The notes under the pieces are model-generated. The model did no database searches and had not been told where the DNA came from. It worked only from the letters and a program-made list of their open reading frames with translations. The translations under genes and the position numbers were made by a program. From Candidatus Saccharimonadales bacterium (lineage in GTDB: Bacteria > Patescibacteriota > Saccharimonadia > Saccharimonadales > DASWIF01): DNA of 59,038 bases. Below, piece after piece: positions 17,811 through 25,929 of the stretch (its first letter is position 1; every line of letters starts with the position of its first letter). The stretch lies in the NCBI GenBank assembly GCA_036397795.1, contig DASWIF010000040.1:1-59038 (forward strand), in the 5' to 3' direction.

Positions 17811-20318
17811 TTACGGTGATGATGGCGGAGAACCTGGTGGGGGCGGCAAATCGCCCGGACCGGGCGGGGTATAACCGGGTGAGCCAGGTGTGAAAATCGT
17901 AGGACCGCCACCAGCGGGTGGCGGCGGAGGAGGTGGTGGAGCAGCGCCACCAGCGGGTGGCGGCGGAGGGCGTGTACCATCAAGATATCTTTTTGTCAGA
18001 TTGTCATAGTAGGTGTCAAAATCTCTAGATATGTTAATAGTCTCTCTTATATTTTCCTCAAAATCAGCTCTTTGTGCCGGGTCGGATATTGAAGCAGGAA
18101 CATTAACCGTATTAGTTGTCACGTCATAATACTCGCTGATGTATCTGTTAACTTGATTGTAGAACGCATCTGCTGTATCGATGGTCATTTTACTTCGTGC
18201 TTGCGGATTAGAGAGAGCTTCCACATATGTTGCCGCCATTTTTTGCATTCCAGACGCTGCTTTATTAGGAGCTTCTTGATAGATAGCCTTAGTGGTTATA
18301 TTTCGGACAGATTCAGGTTTATATTGGGTCAACTGCTCTGGTATAGCTGACATTGAGGCGAGCGTGCCCTTCAATACTTGTGGTCCGATAGTGGCAAGAA
18401 CCGGTGCGTTGAGTGTAACCATCCTATTCAGGTCGCTCTGTTCTGCGGAACTACCAGCTGATTTTATGTGGTCGGCATAGTCTTCAAACGCACCGATTTC
18501 CCTAAAAGTACTAACTAGCTGCTCTGAGGCAGAGATTCTAGCGAAGGCCCCGCTACTTGCGATTCTTCTAATTGCGGCCGTTGCTTGACTATCACCTTGT
18601 ACTTTTTTAATATCCCCAAGCTCACCTTGAGCACTCTTTATGCCCTCGCGATCACCTATAGATGATGCATAAGCTAATCTTGAATTAGCAGCTTGTTTCC
18701 AGCTTTCCGTACTTCCATAAGTAGAAGCTGTTAACACTTGCTTTTGCAAGTCAGAACTAACCGTCGGTAGCGCTTCCGCTACTGCTTGGTCAGCTAACTC
18801 CTTGCCTTCTTTAGCGGCACCAGACAGTTTGGCGCTTTCAAGTGCACGTCCATACTTGGTGGCTCCCCAAACATTTGTTCTTGATCTTAGATATCCTCTT
18901 TTCAACGTATTTTTTACGCCGCCCTCAGGGGTATTGGCCAGTTTACGAAGCCTTCCTCTGTTGCTGAATGCTTTTCTGGCTTCATCTGAAGCCTTGGCTC
19001 GCTCTTTCAATCCACCAGTCAGCCCTCCTCTCATTCGGTCGGCTACCCCGGCCAGCTGGCCGATAGCACCCCCCGCTAGACGGAAAGTATAAGGAATTAA
19101 GAAATACGGTGCAAAATAAGCCAAATAAACAACTATGTCAAAAGTACCTTCCGACACAGCACTATCGTCCGTGCTAACCTCGCTTAGAGTGCGAGCTAGA
19201 ACTTCACCACTTTTAAGAAGAAGTATTATTATCGGGTACATCAAAGCGGCCTTGGAAAACAATTGCCACCAAGCTTTGGCGAGCCCATCGGTTTCTCGAT
19301 GGACCCAGGCTATGGCTGCCAGCGGAGAGAGTACGATTAGCATAATCAATATGACTTTCCGTATGATTAATATAAAGAATACGACCATAAGGATTACACC
19401 GACGCCTACTAAAGAAGCAAGCATGGTAAACAATCCCGCTCCGGCTGCTAAAGGCACGCCCAGTACCAGAAAACCGCCGACAGTGGCATCTTCCCAGAAA
19501 GGCCTGGCGCCATCCCCGCTTTGGACTAAGACTGACGCTATTTCAAAATTCTCGCCCCTAAATACCCAATTGAATATACCCTCCACACCGGCACCTAGAA
19601 CGTTAACAAAGTCTAGAAAGTAAACGGATAAGAAGAATGAAAGCTGGACTAATATCGCGGCCAATCCCAGTCTTGGCAACAAGGATCTGATGGTAAAAGC
19701 ATTGTTACCGCTAGAAAACGCTACTAGGTAAATAGCGTAGAGAAAGGTCAATGCAAAAAATGAATTGGCAATCAGCCGAAAAGCTGTCCAGGTTCGATAA
19801 GCGGTGCTGTCATCATTGCCGGAATCAGCAAAACCGACTTCGTCTACCCGCAAGTTCGCATATTCATCACCTTGCTTGCCAAGTACAAAGTTGACTATGC
19901 TTTTGACGACATCACCCATCCACTCCAGAACACTGCAGATTATATAGCCTAGACCAGCGTTCTCGCTCCGGCAGGTTTGCTCGGCCTCAACCGGAGCATC
20001 GTCTTCAGGCGGATCTCCGGGGTTTGTTGTATCGTCGTGATCATAGGTGGCAACACAGTCGCTGAACTCTTGCCCGCTACTCTGATTTGTAAAAATTTCA
20101 CAGGCTTCTTCAACCGTAAGCCCACTGTTGTCCCGACGGCATCCTTCCTGATCCGCCGGAGAGCCTCTGGCTTCACAATATTCATCAATGTGGTGGTCGG
20201 CGTAGACTGGAGTCACGGTTGGGATAATCTGGAAAAACAAGACCCCAACGAACGACAACAAAAATAGTAGAACAATACTTTTGTTTCTAAGCTTCACAAT
20301 GCCAACATTGTAACCCAA
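17811..20318 (-). CDS. VirB6/TrbL/PrgH-like polytopic T4SS membrane protein with proline-rich C-terminal tail
   Basis: ORF track, 835 aa (TTG start is uncertain; GTG at 20297 is possible). N-terminal signal/TM, Cys-rich ectodomain, at least 6 TM helices at about aa 180-400. Tail is PPPPAGGAAPPPPPPPPAGG...PPPPGSPPSSP. Confidence 0.65.
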   Translation of the reverse strand: MGYNVGIVKLRNKSIVLLFLLSFVGVLFFQIIPTVTPVYADHHIDEYCEARGSPADQEGCRRDNSGLTVEEACEIFTNQSSGQEFSDCVATYDHDDTTNPGDPPEDDAPVEAEQTCRSENAGLGYIICSVLEWMGDVVKSIVNFVLGKQGDEYANLRVDEVGFADSGNDDSTAYRTWTAFRLIANSFFALTFLYAIYLVAFSSGNNAFTIRSLLPRLGLAAILVQLSFFLSVYFLDFVNVLGAGVEGIFNWVFRGENFEIASVLVQSGDGARPFWEDATVGGFLVLGVPLAAGAGLFTMLASLVGVGVILMVVFFILIIRKVILIMLIVLSPLAAIAWVHRETDGLAKAWWQLFSKAALMYPIIILLLKSGEVLARTLSEVSTDDSAVSEGTFDIVVYLAYFAPYFLIPYTFRLAGGAIGQLAGVADRMRGGLTGGLKERAKASDEARKAFSNRGRLRKLANTPEGGVKNTLKRGYLRSRTNVWGATKYGRALESAKLSGAAKEGKELADQAVAEALPTVSSDLQKQVLTASTYGSTESWKQAANSRLAYASSIGDREGIKSAQGELGDIKKVQGDSQATAAIRRIASSGAFARISASEQLVSTFREIGAFEDYADHIKSAGSSAEQSDLNRMVTLNAPVLATIGPQVLKGTLASMSAIPEQLTQYKPESVRNITTKAIYQEAPNKAASGMQKMAATYVEALSNPQARSKMTIDTADAFYNQVNRYISEYYDVTTNTVNVPASISDPAQRADFEENIRETINISRDFDTYYDNLTKRYLDGTRPPPPPAGGAAPPPPPPPPAGGGPTIFTPGSPGYTPPGPGDLPPPPGSPPSSP

Positions 20319-20352
20319 TGACGCTAAGAAGTTCTAGTTAAGCTTAAGGGGT

Positions 20353-21297
20353 TTAATCTGACAGAACCAGCCGCCAAACTTCGATTTGTTCCTGCGACCC
20401 GTCGTCTCTGATTGCATCTATCAGGGCTTTTCTTAGACGTATTTGCCCGGATTCAACCGTAGTTTCCCTTTCCAACAATTGCCATTCACCATCAATCTTT
20501 TCGCCGTCAAAACCATCTACCCGCAAACCGTCTATTAGGATTAGGTCACCTGATTGCATTGACCAGCCGGTATTATCACCACCCAATAACCGCCGGAAGT
20601 GAACGTAGCCCTTGTGGACTTCAAATTCACCGGTCGGGTTTCGGTAGCGTTCGGCGGCCAGCGAGAAGTCAACCATACCTTTTAATTTTGGGTCAATCCG
20701 TCCGTGCGGCTCGTCCACCAGCACATGCCAGAAGGCCAAATCGCCGGCAGAATGCGTATAAGCAAGAGACATACTCAATGAGACGCGTCTTAAGAATAAA
20801 TCAATATCGTCGCCGGGGTTGGGATAATCCTCTGTCTTAATCGCGACGTCATAGGGTGACACGATGGCCTGCTTTTCAATGATTTCCTCAAAGACCGGAT
20901 TCAAATCCTCAGGATAAATTAGAAGTGCCTCGTTTGAGAGCATCTGCGAGATAATCGCCGGGGTTAGTTCATAATCTAAGCCAACCTCCTGCCCGACGGT
21001 TGTCTCGGAAGCCACGGGAGGCGTAGTGGCTGATTCAACCGCAGGTGTTGTAATTGTGATTCCGGCAAGTATGTCTTCAGGCGCTTCTGGATTAGACAAA
21101 GGCCCAGCTGTTGTCGGCGGCGGTTCACTTTCCGGGCTATCTCCGCCCTGGCCTATAGCATATCCGACCCCAACTAAACTACTGGCCGCCAAAATAAGCC
21201 CGCCTAGCTTCACACCAAATCTATGCGGTCGGCCTGAGGGTCTATCGGGTGTGACCCTCGGCAACTGGTCCGTTGATCGTTGAATTGTTCTTGCCAT
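20353..21297 (-). CDS. Membrane-anchored extracytoplasmic protein, first gene of the T4SS operon
   Basis: ORF track, 314 aa. Basic N-terminus, TM LGGLILAASSLVGVGYAIG, and a Pro/Thr linker. Confidence 0.6.
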   Translation of the reverse strand: MARTIQRSTDQLPRVTPDRPSGRPHRFGVKLGGLILAASSLVGVGYAIGQGGDSPESEPPPTTAGPLSNPEAPEDILAGITITTPAVESATTPPVASETTVGQEVGLDYELTPAIISQMLSNEALLIYPEDLNPVFEEIIEKQAIVSPYDVAIKTEDYPNPGDDIDLFLRRVSLSMSLAYTHSAGDLAFWHVLVDEPHGRIDPKLKGMVDFSLAAERYRNPTGEFEVHKGYVHFRRLLGGDNTGWSMQSGDLILIDGLRVDGFDGEKIDGEWQLLERETTVESGQIRLRKALIDAIRDDGSQEQIEVWRLVLSD

Positions 21298-21368
21298 ACT
21301 TCGCTCGCTAAACTTATTGTAACAGAAATACCTGATTTATTCAATTGCTGACCGAAGCTTAGGTTGTT

Positions 21369-21377
21369 TGGTACAAT
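21369..21377 (+). promoter_or_regulatory. Extended -10 promoter element of the pilin operon (TGGTACAAT)
   Basis: Read directly. It ends 8 nt before ATG 21386, which implies a leaderless or near-leaderless mRNA. Confidence 0.4.
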
Positions 21378-21385
21378 CATCTCTG

Positions 21386-21829
21386 ATGTTACTCAGTTTG
21401 AAAAAGTATTCATACCTTTGGCCCCATTTGATTATTGGTGTGCTAATGTTCTCTATTGCTCTGTTGTTAACGACTGCCCAAGAAGTTTACGCCGACCATA
21501 CGATACAACACTGTGCTGATCAGACCGGTTCAGAGAATAACCAAGATTACATTGACTGCGTAAACAATATCGGCGGCGAAGTCGATACGTTAGAAAGTAA
21601 TCCTATATTTAAGCGTCTAGCGGATATTGTTAACTTCCTGGGGCTGGGTGTGGCTATTGCAGTTACCGGCTTATTAGTTGTAGGCGGAATTCAATACATT
21701 ACTTCGGCTGGCAATCCCCAACAGATTAGCTCGGCCAAATCCCGCATCAGAAACGCGTTAATCGCTCTAGTTTTATACATTTTTATGTACGCTATCCTGC
21801 AGTGGGCTGTGCCAGGAGGAATATTCTAG
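21386..21829 (+). CDS. T4SS pilin (TrbC/VirB2-like, CPR T4SS_pilin type), paralog 1
   Basis: ORF track 21368..21829 (TTG). ATG 21386 preferred because of the promoter above. Signal peptide ...LLLTTAQEVYA, then IVNFLGLGVAIAVTGLLVVGGIQYITSAGNPQQISSAKSRIRNALIALVLYI. Confidence 0.75.
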   Translation: MLLSLKKYSYLWPHLIIGVLMFSIALLLTTAQEVYADHTIQHCADQTGSENNQDYIDCVNNIGGEVDTLESNPIFKRLADIVNFLGLGVAIAVTGLLVVGGIQYITSAGNPQQISSAKSRIRNALIALVLYIFMYAILQWAVPGGIF

Positions 21830-21830
21830 T

Positions 21831-22187
21831 ATGGATTTATTGATTTTGTTCGCCGCGGCTTGCCGACCGGGAGCTGGTTTTTCTCTAGGTCTGCCGACCT
21901 GGTACCAGTATTTAGAATGCACCAACAGTGCGCCGCAAATCAATGAACTTAACGACATTCTGCTCATCGGGGCGGCCATAATCGAGATACTTATATTCGT
22001 GGCCGGGGTCTTGACGGTTTTTTGGATGATTTACGGCGGCATCGCCTTTATTACCAGTCAAGGGGCGCCCGATCGGGTAGCCCAGGCCCGGCAGACGCTG
22101 ATTTACGCCGCCGCCGGACTAGTGGTAGCGGTAGTGGCTAAGGGAATTGTCAGCTATATCTTCAGCCAGTTTGGGGTTCAGGGGTGA
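21831..22187 (+). CDS. T4SS pilin paralog 2
   Basis: ORF track, 118 aa. ILIFVAGVLTVFWMIYGGIAFITSQGAPDRVAQARQTLIYAAAGLVVAVV. The ATG lies 1 nt after the previous stop. Confidence 0.75.
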   Translation: MDLLILFAAACRPGAGFSLGLPTWYQYLECTNSAPQINELNDILLIGAAIIEILIFVAGVLTVFWMIYGGIAFITSQGAPDRVAQARQTLIYAAAGLVVAVVAKGIVSYIFSQFGVQG

Positions 22188-22708
22188 AGTGGTTGTTCGC
22201 CCAATTGGGCGGGGTGGATATTCCTAAAGTCGAGGCCAATGAGGCCAGCCTCCGAACAGCTATCAATTTTATGTTCCAGCTGGCCGCGGCATTAGCGCTG
22301 GTATACGTCATTATTAGCGCCATCAGATTTACGATCTCAGCGGGTGATCCGCAGCAGATAGCCAACGCCAGACGAACCCTAATTTATGCGCTGGTGGGCT
22401 TGGGTATCTCGGTTACAGCCTTGGCGATAACTTCCATTGTCCAAGGCGTGGCCAACCGGGCCGCTGGCGAGGCCAACCCGTTTTTTGGCGGGGATGGCGT
22501 GATAACCCAGTTGGTTGATCAATTAAGTTTCGCGGTCGGCGTGGCCTCCGTCATCATGGTTATTATTGGTGCATTCAGGTTTGTCACCTCCGGGGGCCAG
22601 TCACAATCGGCCCAGGGGGCTAGGGATACAATTATCTACGCGCTAATCGGTTTAGGTGTAGCTATTGCCGGGCGTCTTATTGTAACCTTTGTATTAGGAA
22701 GGATTTGA
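22184..22708 (+). CDS. Fused double T4SS pilin (two tandem pilin domains), paralog 3
   Basis: ORF track, 174 aa. Domain 1: ALALVYVIISAIRFTISAGDPQQIANARRTLIYALVGLGISV. Domain 2: VASVIMVIIGAFRFVTSGGQSQSAQGARDTIIYALIGLGVAI. 4-nt start/stop overlaps on both sides. Confidence 0.75.
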   Translation: MKWLFAQLGGVDIPKVEANEASLRTAINFMFQLAAALALVYVIISAIRFTISAGDPQQIANARRTLIYALVGLGISVTALAITSIVQGVANRAAGEANPFFGGDGVITQLVDQLSFAVGVASVIMVIIGAFRFVTSGGQSQSAQGARDTIIYALIGLGVAIAGRLIVTFVLGRI

Positions 22709-23154
22709 CAGTGCGACGCAGCCTGAACTACATCAAGATATTTCCAGTATTAATAATTCTACTGGGCTTGGTTATGGTCTTTACGATGCAGGTTCCTGCC
22801 TACGCCCAGCAATCCGATCCGTCAGACGTGGCCTGCCAAGGAATCGAAGCCACCGGGGCTGATTGTCAAGGCGGAGAACGAGACGTCAGAAACACCATCA
22901 GATCAGTGGTCAACATTCTGTTTTATATCGTTGGAATCGCCGCGGTAGTTACGTTCATTATCGGAGCCATCAGGCTTGTGTTGTCAGGCGGTGACCCGCA
23001 GGCGGTAGCCAGTGCCAGAAACACCATGGTTTACGCCGTCGTCGGGGTAGTCGTGGCGGTACTTGCCATAGTTATAGTTAGGTTTGTTTTTGACGAGGTT
23101 GGCGGTACGACCGGGTCGAACGGCGGTGGCGCCAAATTAAGTGGATTAACGTGA
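22705..23154 (+). CDS. T4SS pilin paralog 4
   Basis: ORF track, 149 aa. Signal peptide ...VPAYA, then VVNILFYIVGIAAVVTFIIGAIRLVLSGGDPQAVASARNTMVYAVVGVVVAV. Confidence 0.75.
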   Translation: MTVRRSLNYIKIFPVLIILLGLVMVFTMQVPAYAQQSDPSDVACQGIEATGADCQGGERDVRNTIRSVVNILFYIVGIAAVVTFIIGAIRLVLSGGDPQAVASARNTMVYAVVGVVVAVLAIVIVRFVFDEVGGTTGSNGGGAKLSGLT

Positions 23155-23210
23155 CAGGCTAAACTTAAGCGTGCTACAATTCCGTCAGGGTATGAAAAGG
23201 AGAATTAACG

Positions 23211-23579
23211 GTGAATCAAAAGTTTCTAAATAAGAAGACAGTAACAGCCGCCACGACGCTGGCTACCGCCGCCTCTTTTTTGGGCGGAACGCGGGTGTTT
23301 GCCCAGATAGATACTGGCATTGATGCGGCCGATCCAGGTCAGAACGAAGGTGAACTGGAAGATATCATTCAAAACGTGATTAATGTTTTGCTATTTGTCG
23401 TCGGTGTGGCTGCTGTTGTCATGCTGATCGTCGGCGGCATTCGCTACGTGGTCTCGGCCGGAGATCAGCAAGCCGTAGCTAACGCTAAAAACACGGTCCT
23501 TTACTCGATCGTTGGCGTGGTAGTAGCTTTTCTGGCGTTCGTCGCCGTTGAATTTGTGTTTAACCAGCTACAAGGCTGA
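23211..23579 (+). CDS. T4SS pilin paralog 5
   Basis: ORF track, 122 aa, GTG start with RBS AAAAGGAG. VINVLLFVVGVAAVVMLIVGGIRYVVSAGDQQAVANAKNTVLYSIVGVVVAF. Confidence 0.8.
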   Translation: MNQKFLNKKTVTAATTLATAASFLGGTRVFAQIDTGIDAADPGQNEGELEDIIQNVINVLLFVVGVAAVVMLIVGGIRYVVSAGDQQAVANAKNTVLYSIVGVVVAFLAFVAVEFVFNQLQG

Positions 23580-23604
23580 GCTTAAGTAAAAAATAAATAT
23601 AAAA

Positions 23605-23629
23605 GCGACCGGGTAATCCGGTCGTTTTT
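23605..23629. terminator. Bidirectional intrinsic terminator between pilin operon and hsp20
   Basis: Stem CGACCGG (23606-23612) / CCGGTCG (23618-23624), loop GTAAT. TTTTT follows downstream and AAAA precedes upstream. Confidence 0.7.
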
Positions 23630-23647
23630 ATATTTCTTAAGCCTAAA

Positions 23648-24115
23648 CTACTTAATCTCGATTTTCTTAACTGTATCTTGCTTGAGTTTAGTAAAGCCGA
23701 TAGTCAACACACCGTCTTTTAAGACCGCGTCAATTTCTTCTTCCTTGACCGCTACCGGCAGAGTAATAGTCCGGGAAAACTCGCCCCAATAGCATTCCTG
23801 CAGATGAAAGTTCTGAGCGTCGGTTTCGTCGCCGGAACTTAAGGTGCCGCGAATCGTCAGCGTATTGTCAGAAATACTAACGTCCAGATCCTCTTTGTTA
23901 ACACCAGCTACGCGAGCCTTAACCACCAGCCGGTCGGTAGTCTCAAACACATCGAGCGCCAGTTGGCCGGGCACTGTATCCTGGGAATCTTCGGACCAAT
24001 CGGACGAGGTGTCGTCAGCGCTCTTGTCGGCTGGCGTGTCCTCATCTAAAAAAGCTGAGGCCAGTTCGTCCTCAATTCCTAATAAATCATCATCTTGTTG
24101 TTGGCCTCTGGCCAT
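23648..24115 (-). CDS. Small heat-shock protein, Hsp20/alpha-crystallin family
   Basis: ORF track, 155 aa. LALDVFETTDRLVVKARVAGVNKEDLDVSISDNTLTIRG ... FSRTITLPVAVKEEEIDAVLKDGVLTI. Confidence 0.9.
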   Translation of the reverse strand: MARGQQQDDDLLGIEDELASAFLDEDTPADKSADDTSSDWSEDSQDTVPGQLALDVFETTDRLVVKARVAGVNKEDLDVSISDNTLTIRGTLSSGDETDAQNFHLQECYWGEFSRTITLPVAVKEEEIDAVLKDGVLTIGFTKLKQDTVKKIEIK

Positions 24116-24156
24116 AATACCTCCCGGGAAACCTGCTTCATGCTTTACTTCTGACC

Positions 24157-24186
24157 ATTATAGCTAATACACTAGACCAGTTGCAA
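24157..24186 (-). promoter_or_regulatory. Sigma70-type promoter of hsp20 (TTGCAA-N18-TATAAT on minus strand)
   Basis: -10 is the reverse complement of 24157-24162; -35 is at 24181-24186; the spacer is 18 nt. Confidence 0.5.
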
Positions 24187-24222
24187 CAAATTGTGTTGTA
24201 AAAAGTGTTCATGGAGATATAA

Positions 24223-24897
24223 ATGTCATTGCTTGAATCATTTATTGGCGTCATCGCGCCTGAGACTTGCATAATCTGCAATGTTGAAGGGTCATCACTA
24301 TGCGATATTTGCGCGGATTCATCTGTTGTTAAATTGCCAGATCGTTGCTTTAGGTGTCAAAGGCTGTCGCCTGATTCAAAAACGTGTTCAAATTGTCGCC
24401 GCTACGCTCCGTTGAGCAAAGTCTGGGTTGTGAGCGAATACGAGGGAGCTATAAAGTCAGCCATCAAGCGGCATAAGTTTGAGCACAAGCGAGGTTTGGC
24501 CCGTCCGCTGGCTTGGTTAATGAAGGGGCGCTTACCATACTTTAAGCAAGCTCCGCTGCTAACTTCAGTAGCCACGACGACTTCGCACGTTAGACAACGA
24601 GGCTATGATCATGCTGGTCGGCTAGCCAAGAACTTGGCGCTTATAACCGGTTACCGGTACGTGCCGCTATTAAGGCGAAGTGACCAGTTAAAACAGGTCG
24701 GTACGAAACGGGCTAGCCGGTTGGTTCAGTTGGAGCAAGCTTTCCGCGCCGTCCGCTCGGAGTATATAAAGGACCGGCAGATATTGCTGGTTGATGACGT
24801 AGTTACGACCGGCGCGACCCTAACGGCTTGCGCCAAGGCGTTAAAAGAATCTGGCGCTAAATCCGTTTCGGCCATCGTCATCGCGCAAAAAAGCTAA
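24223..24897 (+). CDS. comFC: ComF-family protein (ComFC-like amidophosphoribosyltransferase fold)
   Basis: ORF track, 224 aa. N-terminal Cys4 zinc finger (CIICN...CDIC...CFRCQ...CSNC) and PRTase motif [14 protein letters not shown]. Confidence 0.85.
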   Translation: MSLLESFIGVIAPETCIICNVEGSSLCDICADSSVVKLPDRCFRCQRLSPDSKTCSNCRRYAPLSKVWVVSEYEGAIKSAIKRHKFEHKRGLARPLAWLMKGRLPYFKQAPLLTSVATTTSHVRQRGYDHAGRLAKNLALITGYRYVPLLRRSDQLKQVGTKRASRLVQLEQAFRAVRSEYIKDRQILLVDDVVTTGATLTACAKALKESGAKSVSAIVIAQKS

Positions 24898-24936
24898 GAG
24901 TCACCTCTTATGTCTGGTGTATAATGCCGGTGTCGT

Positions 24937-25024
24937 GGAAGGGTGACCGAGCGGTTGAAGGTACCGGTCTTGAAAACCGGCGTGGGGAAACTCACCGTGG
25001 GTTCGAATCCCACCCCTTCCGCCA
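24937..25024 (+). tRNA. tRNA-Ser (anticodon UGA), CCA encoded
   Basis: Hand-folded. Acceptor GGAAGGG/CCCTTCC, anticodon stem CCGGT/ACCGG, loop CTTGAAA, long variable arm, T-arm GTGGG-TTCGAAT-CCCAC. Confidence 0.9.
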
Positions 25025-25394
25025 CGTCCCAGCAAGCTCCAAACTGTACGCTTTCAGAATCACTGAAGATTGTTTCTGAAAGCTAGCTAGTTTTCCACTG
25101 CTGCTCCTTAAAATTCATCAAACAGCTTTGCTTGGTTTGATGAATTTAGGAAAACAAAATTGGAAACCAAGCCTTGGCTGCTTACAATTTTTAAGAGGAG
25201 GAATTGCGGGGTGGCTTTTCAAGCTTTGCCCTTAAGCAAAGTGGCTGCCACTATAGCCATTTTCGACTAAGGATAGGTCCAAGTTCATAATTGTTTACGA
25301 AGCAAACATTTTCAAAGGAAAACGTAAAAGTCCACTGGACTTTTACGGGCTTCAGGGGTAAACCCCTCCAGCTCTTGGGAGCATTCTCATCATG

Positions 25395-25441
25395 CCGTAC
25401 AATCTTTGAGACCACTAATGACGGTCTCAAAGATTGTACGG
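25395..25441 (+). repeat. Perfect 19-bp hairpin abutting the 5' end of tRNA-Ser(GCU)
   Basis: CCGTACAATCTTTGAGACC (25395-25413), 9-nt loop, GGTCTCAAAGATTGTACGG (25423-25441). The last 2 nt are nt 1-2 of the tRNA. Confidence 0.8.
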
Positions 25442-25532
25442 AGAGGTACCCAAGAGGCTGAAGGGGACGGTTTGCTAAATCGTTAGAGGGAAGCAATTCC
25501 CTGCGGGAGTTCGAATCTCCCCCTCTCCGCCA
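25440..25532 (+). tRNA. tRNA-Ser (anticodon GCU), CCA encoded
   Basis: Hand-folded. Acceptor GGAGAGG/CCTCTCC, anticodon stem ACGGT/ATCGT, loop TTGCTAA, long variable arm, T-arm GGGAG-TTCGAAT-CTCCC. Confidence 0.9.
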
Positions 25533-25594
25533 CACTTCGCTTAAGCTTCGTGTGGCCCTCGGCCACTCACAGCTGTAAGCGTTGTGTGCGCTTC
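25522..25594 (+). repeat. tRNA-Ser 3' end + 62-nt trailer repeat, copy A
   Basis: CCTCTCCGCCACACTTCGCTTAAGCTTCGTGTGGCCCTCGGCCACTCACAGCTGTAAGCGTTGTGTGCGCTTC. It differs from copy B at 4 positions. Confidence 0.85.
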
Positions 25595-25644
25595 CAGCCA
25601 AGTTTTAGCAAGTGTGTCGTCCGTAACCTTAGTGAAGGAGGACA

Positions 25645-25881
25645 GTGTACTACGTTTACTTATTGCGACTAAGGAATGGGAATGTTTACTCCGGTTCAAC
25701 TCCTGATTTGAAAAAGAGGATCAAAGAACATGAATCAGGAAAAAGCATAGCCACTAAGAACCTGTTACCGGTGAAGTTGATATGGTATTGTGCCTTCCCC
25801 ACGAGAATAGAAGCCAGGAGATTTGAAAAATATTTGAAATCCGGTTCTGGACAGGCCTTTAGAAACAAACACCTAACCTAA
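25645..25881 (+). CDS. GIY-YIG domain nuclease-family protein (stand-alone, 78 aa)
   Basis: ORF track, GTG start. YYVYLLRLRNGNVYSGSTPDLKKRIKEHESG ... IEARRFEKYLKSG is the GIY-YIG pattern. Confidence 0.8.
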   Translation: MYYVYLLRLRNGNVYSGSTPDLKKRIKEHESGKSIATKNLLPVKLIWYCAFPTRIEARRFEKYLKSGSGQAFRNKHLT

Positions 25882-25929
25882 TAAAAACGCCATCCCTCCC
25901 TCTTACGCCACGATATTTCTGCTAAACTT

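Noticed and set aside
25251-25601. 116-aa minus-strand ORF, and the similar ORFs 26661..26843, 28139..28327 and 28176..28367.
   Set aside because: They are antisense read-throughs of tRNA genes. The [14 protein letters not shown]-type peptides are the reverse translation of T-arms. They have no RBS and no coding logic.
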